The position numbers and the translations under genes are program-made. A stretch of DNA of 64,000 nucleotides from Octopus vulgaris (Eukaryota). The notes below the pieces were generated by a model. That model saw only the letters and a list, made by a program, of their open reading frames with translations, did no database searches and was not told the DNA's origin. Where the stretch lies: NCBI GenBank assembly GCA_951406725.2, contig OX597840.1, forward strand, positions 36,084,001-36,148,000. The letters are read 5' to 3'. Every line of letters starts with the position of its first letter. Position 1 is the first letter of the stretch. Below are positions 54,882-64,000 of this stretch, one piece after another.

Positions 54882-57381
54882 CTCTCTCTCTCTCTCTCTC
54901 ATTTACATGTAGTAATCCATGCATAAATGTTGAAATGCATGGTACTAAAATACATATATGCAGTTATATATAACCGTGCGAGCGTACATTGTTTGATACG
55001 TATGTACATATGTGTAGATGTATATGTGTGTATACGTGTCTGGGTATGTGTGTGCCGTATGTTGTGTATATTTGTGTATAAATATGTACATGCATGCACA
55101 TATGAGCATGTGTAAATATACATATGTATTATATATGTATGCATACTCTTTACTCTTTTACTTGTTTCAATCATTTGACTGCGGCCATGCTGGAGCACCG
55201 CCTTTAGTCGAGTAAATCGACCCCGGGACTTATTCTTTGTAAGCCCAGTACTTATTCTATTGGTCTCTTTTGCCGAACCGCTAATTGACGGGGACGTAAA
55301 CACATCAGCATCGGTTGTCAAGCAATGCTAGGGGGACAAACACAGACACACACACATACATACATATATACATATATACGACAGGATTCTTTCAGTTTCC
55401 GTCTACCAAATCCACTCACAAGGCATTGGTCGGCCCGGGGCTATAGCAGAATACACTTGCCCAAGATGCCACGCAGTGGGACTGAACCCGGAACCATGTG
55501 GTTGGTTAGCAAGCTACTTACCACACAGCCACTCCTGCGCATGTAAAATATATTTTAAAAAAAACAATAAAATAAAACAAGTTTGAATTTTAACCATTGT
55601 CCTTGGAAAAATTGTCATATATATGTATAGAAAGAGCCATATACATCGATGACATAGTTTTCCGATCGGTCACGGTTGGAACGTCTCTCCGATCACCCAT
55701 AATCCACCTACTGGTTCAGTAAAGACTGTAGAAGTAGGGGTTTTAAACATGATCGACAACGCGGATTTCAGCAAAAACCACGCACCATAAGGAAACAAAC
55801 TAAAACCGTATTGTTTACAATGTTTATATGTATTTAAATGTGTAATATACTGACCTTTTCATTGTCCAAGGTGGAGGTAAGGAACTGGCCTAAGTCCACG
55901 ACAGGGTGACCATTTGGACACACGAGCGGAAGAGATAGCAACATAATAATCCTTGTAGTGAGTTTGATAATGGCTTTTAAACATTGCACTAAGAGCTGCT
56001 GCTGATGGTGGTGGTAGTAAAAGGTAAAAAGTGCGTCGTGGTGAGAGGAAGTCACTCTGTACTGATGGTGGTGACGGTGTTGTGGTGTGGTGAGAGATAA
56101 TGTCGTGATAGAACACTCTGTACCGATGAGGGTGGTGATGGTGACTGTTGTGGTTGTGGTGAAAGTTACTCAGAACTGATGTGGGGGTGGCGGGAGATAC
56201 CGGTGTACCGATGATGGTGATAGTGGTGGGGAGAAGTTACTCTACTGATGGGGTGGTGATAGCGACTGTATAATGATGGTGGGAGTGGTGGTGAGCGGTT
56301 ACAGTGTACGAATGATAGTGGTGGTGGTAGAGAGAGAGAGAGAGAGATAGGTAGACTGTAGTAGTAGTAGGAGGAGGAACACAAACGCACACACTCGAAC
56401 ACATAGAAATAAATACATTCACTCACACACAAACGTATGCGCACACAGTACCTGGATCTGTAAAACAGATCAAAAATAAAATACAAGAGATCGTAAGATC
56501 ATTTCCAGTTTTCCACACGCACATATCAACACATGTCAATGAATGTAGTGCACCAAATTACCCAACTCCCAACAGGTCAGGGGTCACTTCAACGTATCCT
56601 GATTGATATTGCTATCTGACCTATTTCCAACACAGAAATGAAAACACTCACTCACACACACGCACAAACACAGAAATGAAAACACACAGTTACACACTCA
56701 CAAACGAACAAACTCGAACACATAGAAATAATTACATTCACTCACACACACGCACGGAAATGAAAATAATCACACATACTCACACACAGAAATGAAAACA
56801 CAGTTACAAACTCACACACCTAGCAATGAAAACACACATGTACACACTCACTCACTCACACACACACACACACACTCAGGCACAAACATTGAACCGGAAA
56901 CACTCTGTCACACAGGTGCGCACAAACACAGACACAGAAATTAAAGCACACACACACACATATTGGCTTACAAACACACTCATTTAATTTCTTCAGAATG
57001 TCAAAGTTTTAAAGTCAACATATTTAAAGCATAAATACCTACAAGTGTGCATCTTTGCATGTATCTATGTGTGTGTGTGTGTTCAGTATGTGTGTTTGTG
57101 CGTGTTTGAGCACAGTCCACACATACGCTGCCGTAACGTAACGGTTAGAATGAGTACTAGCATTCCACAGAATAAGTCCTAGGGTACGTTTTGATTGACT
57201 AAAGACGGTGCGCGGGCATAAATATATATATATATGAATACATAATAATAATAATGGCCGTCCACTCGTGACCGAGGAAAACCATTGCCGACCTTCAGGA
57301 ACATTGTGCGCTCTAGGACTAACTTATATTTTGCATTTGCGGCTCCGTTGGTGGCTAATGAGCCCTGCTCTTGACAAGCAT
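54882..57381 (+). repeat. Tandem duplication, copy A (copy B = 59137-61286)
   Basis: Near-identical colinear sequence. Confidence 0.95.
55145..55540 (-). mobile_element. Young SINE family A, present only in duplication copy A
   Basis: Empty site at about 59414-59417. Confidence 0.95.
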
Positions 57382-59135
57382 TCACCATTGTTCGTGTGTC
57401 GCACAGACCGAAATAAGGGAGGGACAGCCATCTTTATCCATGACTCCTTTTCACTTGATGCCAAAGACATATTTTCCAATGGCTATTGTGAATCTGTATC
57501 ACTATTCAGCAAGGCCAAGGACATAATCATTGTTGGTCTTTACAGGCCTCCCCAAGCACCTCTAAAGTGCTTTGAAGAGTGCCTTAGTAAAGTCAAGTCC
57601 TTCCTTCGGAAGTACAACTCCGGAAACATACTAGTGATGGGTGATTTTAACCTTCCTTATGTGTACTGGCCCACAAATACTCTGAAGTTAGGCAAATGCT
57701 CTACATCAGATAGAGCAGCAGCAGAACTGCTCTTTAATCGCATGGATGAATACTTCCTGACTCAGCTAGGGCTCGAACCAACGAGACAGAATAAAACGAT
57801 ATTGGATCTGGTATTGACCAATCACTCTAGCTTCGTTCACAGTATTTCAGTTGAAAAAACTATCCTCTCAGACCTCGACATGATACTCTGCAATTTCAAT
57901 TCCCGACATATAAAAACCAAACCAGCCAATACCACTCCATGGCACTCATTTGACAACATAAACTTTCACAAAGCGGACTGGGGAGCAACCAGAAAGGATC
58001 TGTCTTGCATCGACTTGTCTTTCACTCTCAATTCCATCCATACTGAGACCGCATGGCAGCACTTTGAAAACATTGTCACCTATACATGCGCTAAACACGC
58101 TCCCACGAAATCTACTAACACAAACAGAAACCGGCTCCTAAAAAGAAAAAAACACTCATCAGGCGCATCAAAAGACTCAACAAACAAAATCAACCAATTA
58201 AAATATTCCCACATACAACATCCAAATTCAACAACAATGAAAAGGCTAGAGCTGGAAAAACTTCATCTACAGAACGACATGAAAACCTCCATTGAAAATC
58301 AAAGAGCTGTGGAGGAACAGTGGGTAATCAAAAACATCAAACAGAACCCAAAAGTGTTCTATTCTTATGCAAATAAGCATAGAACCACTGTCTCACCCAT
58401 TGGGCCATTGATTGATGAAAACGGCATTCCCCAACACGATGCTAAAGAAATGGCAGAAATACTGCAGAAACAATATTGCTCTGTCTGATATTGACGCAAG
58501 AGAAGCGAACGAAGTTGACCCTCAACATAAAATCTCAGACATAACCTTCACTGCCACTGACATCACAGCAGCAATAAATGAGATCAAATACTACTCTGCT
58601 GTAGGCCCTGATAGATTCCCCGCTAGTCTCCTGAAGGAATGTAGACACCAACTTGCAGTCCCTCTGACCAACCTCTGGAGAAATTCGTTAGACGCAGGTT
58701 ATATACCGAAACAGTTTCTATCCCAGTCAGTCATCCCGGTTTTCAAACAGGGAAACAGATCCCTCGCACTCAACTATCGCCCAATCTCACTCACCTCCCA
58801 CATCATCAAAGTGTTTGAAAGAGTGTTAAGATCAAGGATAGCTGACTTCCTGGAGACCCACAAACTCCTAAATGCAAATCAGCATGGCTTTCGCTGAGGC
58901 AGGGACTGTCTAACACAGCTCTTACACCACATTGAAGATGTACTCAAAGCCTTGGGAACAGGTTCGAACTCTGATGTCATATATCTTGACTTCAGTAAAG
59001 CGTTCGACAGGGTAGACCATAATATCCTACTCTCAAAATTGGCAAAGTTGGAATCCGTGGAAAAGTTCTACACTAGATCAAGTATTTCCTGGCGAATATA
59101 ACACAACATGTTGTAGTTGATGGAGTCCACTCAAG

Positions 59136-59137
<2 letters not shown>
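57382..59137 (+). mobile_element. CR1-group LINE internal fragment (APE endonuclease + N-terminal RT)
   Basis: GGTAIFI, GLYRPP, VMGDFNLP, ILDLVLTN, NYRPISLT, QHGFR, DFSKAFDRVDH. Confidence 0.92.
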
Positions 59138-59169
<32 letters not shown>

Positions 59170-61099
59170 TCTCATTTACATGTAGTAATCCATGCATAAA
59201 TGTTGAAATGCATGGTACTAAAATACATATATGCAGTTATATATAACCGTACGAGCGTACATTGTTTGATATGTATGTACGTATGTGTAGATGTATATGT
59301 GTGTATACGTGTCTGGGTATGTGTGTGCCGTATGTTGTGTATATTTGTGTATAAATATGTACATGCATGCACATATGAGCATGTGTAAATATACATATGT
59401 ATTATATATGTATGCATGTAAAATATATTTTTAAAAAATAATAAAATAAAACAAGTTTGAATTTTAACCATTGTCCTTGGAAAAATTGTCATATATATGT
59501 ATAGAAAGAGCCATATACATCGATGACATAGTTTTCCGATCGGTCACGGTTGGAACGTCTCTCCGATCACCCATAATCCACCTACTGGTTCAGTAAAGAC
59601 TGTAGAAGTAGGGGTTTTAAACATGATCGACAACGCGGATTTCAGCAAAAACCAAGCACCATAAGGAAACAAACTAAAACCGTATTGTTTACAATGTTTA
59701 TATGTATTTAAATGTGTAATATACTGACCTTTTCATTGTCCAAGGTGGAGGTAAGGGACTGGCCTAAGGCTTCATTCAGTGTGGGGGTGATCGTAAGTCC
59801 ACGACAGGGTGACCATTTGGACACACGAGCGGAAGAGATAGCAACATAATAATCCTTGTAGTGAGTTTGATAATGGCTTTTAAACATTGCACTAAGAGCT
59901 GCTGCTGATGGTGGTGGTAGTAAAAGGTAAAAAGTGCGTCGTGGTGAGAGGAAGTCACTCTGTACTGATGGTGGTGACGGTGTTGTGGTGTGGTGAGAGA
60001 TAATGTCGTGATAGAACACTCTGTACCGATGAGGGTGGTGATGGTGACTGTTGTGGTTGTGGTGAAAGTTACTCAGAACTGATGTGGGGGTGGCGGGAGA
60101 TACCGGTGTACCGATGATGGTGATAGTGGTGGGGAGAAGTTACTCTACTGATGGGGTGGTGATAGCGACTGTATAATGATGGTGGGAGTGGTGGTGAGCG
60201 GTTACAGTGTACGAATGATAGTGGTGGTGGTAGAGAGAGAGAGATAGGTAGACTGTAGTAGTAGTAGGAGGAACACAAACGCACACACTCGAACACATAG
60301 AAATAAATACATTCACTCACACACAAACGTATGCGCACACAGTACCTGGATCTGTAAAACAGATCAAAGATAAAATACAAGAGATCGTAAGATCATTTCC
60401 AGTTTTCCACACGCACATATCAACACATGTCAATGAATGTAGTGCACCAAATTACCCAACTCCCAACAGGTCAGGGGTCACTTCAACGTATCCTGATTGA
60501 TATTGCTATCTGACCTATTTCCAACACAGAAATGAAAACACTCACTCACACACACGCACAAACACAGAAATGAAAACACACAGTTACACACTCACAAACG
60601 AACAAACTCGAACACATAGAAATAAATACATTCACTCACACACGCACGGAAATGAAAATAATCACACATACTCACACACAGAAATGAAAACACAGTTACA
60701 AACTCACACACCTAGCAATGAAAACACATGTACACACTCACTCATTCACACACACACACTCAGGCACAAACATTGAACCGGAAACACTCTGTCACACAGG
60801 TGCGCACAAACACAGACACAGAAATTAAAGCACACACACACATATTGGCTTACAAACACACTCATTTAATTTCTTCAGAATGTCAAAGTTTTAAAGTCAA
60901 CATATTTAAAGCATAAATACCTACAAGTGTGCATCTTTGCATGTATCTATGTGTGTGTGTGTGTTCGGACGTATGTGTGTTAGTGCGTGTTTGAGCACAG
61001 TCCACACATACGCTGCCGTAACGTAACGGTTAGAATGAGTACTAGCATTCCAAAGAATAAGTCCTAGGGTACGTTTTGATTGACTAAAGACGGTGCGCG

Positions 61100-61140
<41 letters not shown>

Positions 61141-61286
61141 GAATACATAATAATAATGACCGTCCACTCGTGACCGAAGAAAACCATTGCCGACCTTCAG
61201 GAACATTGTGCGCTCTACGAGGACTAACTTATATTTTGCATTTGCGGCTCCGTTGGTAGCTAATGAGCCCTGCTCTTGACAAGCAT
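59137..61286 (+). repeat. Tandem duplication, copy B
   Basis: Matches 54882-57381 minus the SINE. Confidence 0.95.
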
Positions 61287-62968
61287 ACACGACTGCAAAC
61301 TTTGCAGACCAAACTTTCCCCATTCACTATACGAGCCGTGCGCTTTCGCGCAGCTCGCTTAAGTTCTTCATGCTGGATACGTGCTCTCTCAAAAGTGTCG
61401 ATCCCCTCCTTAACCTGCTTCCTCCATCTGTGGCGATGACAGGTATTGCTCTCCCAGTCAGTGTCCTGCATATCACAGGCCTTTAATGAGGACTTGACAC
61501 AGTCCTTAAATCGCAGTCTTGGTTTCTGCCGGAGTCTCCTTCCATTCACAAGTTCTCCATAGAGCATCTGCTTAGGAATCCTTCTATCCTTCATTCGAAT
61601 AAGGTGTCCAGTCCAACGCAACCGGTGCTTGTGCACCACCGCTTCAATACTCAAGATATCAGCTGTCCTCAGGATCTGTGTGTCTGAAGCTTTTGAGGTC
61701 CAGCTAACATTGAGAATGTGTCTGAGACATCTCTGATGGAAACGTTCAAGGACCCTTACCTGACGTTTGTACAGAGTCCATATCTCACATGAGTAGAGAA
61801 GCGATGTCAGTACATAAGTACGGTACACAGCAACTTTTGTTCTCCTTGCGATGCCATGTTGGTACCAGACACGAGACTGAAGAGACTGGAAGGAATTAGT
61901 TGCTCTCTGCAACCTGAAAGATAGTTCCTCATCCAGGGAGCAAGAACGGCTGAATGTGCTGCCCAGATAGACTACTTGTCTACTACCTTCAGAATTGTTC
62001 CTTCAACGAAGATAGCTGGTTCTATATATGGATTTCCTGGTGCAGGCTGGAACATTACAACAGTCTTGTCCAGGCTAATGCTGAGTCCAAATGCTCTGCA
62101 AGAAGCAGAAATGCAATTCATGATTATTTGCATGTCATCTACTGTATGAGTGACTAAGTCACAGTCATCTGCATAAAGGAGGTCACGAATAATAGTCTGG
62201 AAAACATTTGAATTGGCAGCAAATTGGCGAAAATTAAAGAGGCGGCCAGAAGATAGACATCTGACATATATTCCCAGAGAGCTAACTTTAGCAAAAGCAT
62301 GAGTAAAAGTAGCAGCAAAGTACAAAGAAAAGAGAGTTGGGGCAAGGATGTCACCCTGCTTGACACCATTCTCTACAGGAATGGGTCCCACCATGGTACC
62401 ACCAACATTGACCTAAGCCTCCATCTCATCATGAAATGATTTAATTATAGATACAAAGTGATCTGGACATCGAAGTTTGCCAAGTATTTTCCATAGAAAG
62501 GCCCTATTTACAGTATCTAAGGTCTTAGTTAAATCAATGAATACCTGGACAAGATCCATATTCTGCTCATAGCACTTCTCCTGCATCTGTCTTGCTGTGA
62601 AAATCATATCCATTGTCCCTCTACCAGATCGGAAGCCACATTGAGATTCAGATAGGACATCATTTACGAGACACCCATGCAGACGGGCAAGAAGAATATT
62701 TGCCAGAACCTTACCAGCAGCTGATAGTAGAGCAATACCTCTGTAGTTACCACACATTGTTCTGGCTCCTTTTCCTTTATATAGAGGAAGAATAATTGCA
62801 TCCTTCCAGTCTTTAGGGATTGCACCATCCCTCCAGACTGCACTAATAAGTTCATGAAGGGACTGTGTGATGCAATTACCACCAAATCGCAAGACCTCAG
62901 CACAAATTCCATCCTTTCCAGGTGCCCTACCAAGATTCAATTTACTTATTGATGTCATTACTTCATCT
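61148..62968 (-). mobile_element. RTE (BovB-like) LINE, 5'-truncated, with a nearly intact RT
   Basis: NYRGIALLS, QCGFRSGRGT, GVKQGDILAPTLF, LLYADD, RLRWTGHLIRM, C-terminal CxxC; one nonsense codon (62413) and one frameshift (about 61972); (TTA)n tail. Confidence 0.95.
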
Positions 62969-63022
62969 ATATACATATATATACAAGTATATATATATAT
63001 GCAAACATACACATATCAATAT

Positions 63023-63084
<62 letters not shown>

Positions 63085-63574
63085 ATATACATACATAGAT
63101 ATATACATATATATATTTATATATATTTACATACATATATACGTGTATTTACCCACACACGCATATATCCACTAAATATGGCCAATAATATTCCAAAACA
63201 CTACTGGGTTGAAAATGTAATCAGTTCACTGATAAACGCTTGGTACACTCACCAAAAAGATTGTGTAAAAGCTAATGTTTACAGTAAAATCGCTGAAAAA
63301 ATAACAAAACATTCAGAAGACGATACAAAAAACACGGACGAGTCATTCGAAGCCTTCAATCTTCAGTGAAGAACCGGATCATCCTCGCAATTTCGGCTGA
63401 TTAATCTTGAGATTGCTACAATCTGACCAGCCCCAAGGAAAAACTAAGTTAAGCGCATTAGATTCCTTGGAAAAAAGCTTCGAATGTATACGAAACAAGG
63501 ACAGAAAACGGACGATGTTATACGAATATGAATACAAAAATAACACGAAATAACAATAATAATATATATATATA

Positions 63575-63717
63575 TGCGACAGGCTTCTTTTAGTTTCCAT
63601 ATACCAAATCCACCAGGCTATAGTAAAGACAGTTGCACAAGGTACAGTGCAGTGGAACAGAAACCGGAACCATTTCGTCGGGAAGCAAATATTATACCAC
63701 AGAGCCGCCTGCGCCTA
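63575..63717 (-). mobile_element. Old SINE family A head
   Basis: Ends cctgcgcc; diverged. Confidence 0.7.
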
Positions 63718-64000
63718 CACACAGATTGCAGCCACATCTTCCTCAAATCGTAGCATAGTGTTTAGAAGAGTCACGTGGTATAAGGTAGTTTTAAATGCAG
63801 TGAAATCGAAAAACAAAAAGTACGGGAAGATAAGGTTGGTTGTGATCATCGGCGAGGTCGATCAGTACTTACCTAGGGTTAAATAATATCAAACCTATAT
63901 AGCATTTTTCATCATCTCTCTTTTAAGCTGCCGTGTGTATGACATATGTGACTGGCATGTATGGTCTACACAAGTGCGGGAACTGATCTTTTTAGGTGCA

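Noticed and set aside
57268-58488. 406-aa ORF as a host gene
   Set aside because: Chimera of antisense RTE end and CR1 APE; GTG start; frameshifted into RT

Overview
Eukaryotic, AT-rich, repeat-dominated DNA. The SINE families and (TTAGGG)n telomere are most consistent with a coleoid cephalopod, probably Octopus; this is recognition from memory, not a database search. No intact protein-coding gene is supported, and almost all listed ORFs are microsatellite/satellite artefacts or transposon remnants. The window has three zones. (1) 1-19953 is ordinary interstitial DNA with tRNA-head SINEs, non-autonomous Helitrons, decayed Tc1/mariner and hAT transposases, several fold-back palindromes and two minimal hammerhead-ribozyme-like motifs that share a non-canonical CCGACGA core. 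(2) After a 100-N gap, a contig starts with a (CCCTAA)n telomere tract and runs through about 25 kb of modular subtelomere: a ~105-bp repeat with fold-back inversions, a 9-kb 15-bp satellite, a 34-bp satellite, a buried second telomere remnant at 36.6 kb that restarts the same module order, and patchwork segmental duplications. (3) 45-64 kb holds nested retroelements (a Gypsy inside an RTE YADD motif, Penelope, Tc1, CR1, RTE), a tandem duplication with a filled/empty SINE site, and a candidate minus-strand promoter with small exons at 53-54.7 kb.
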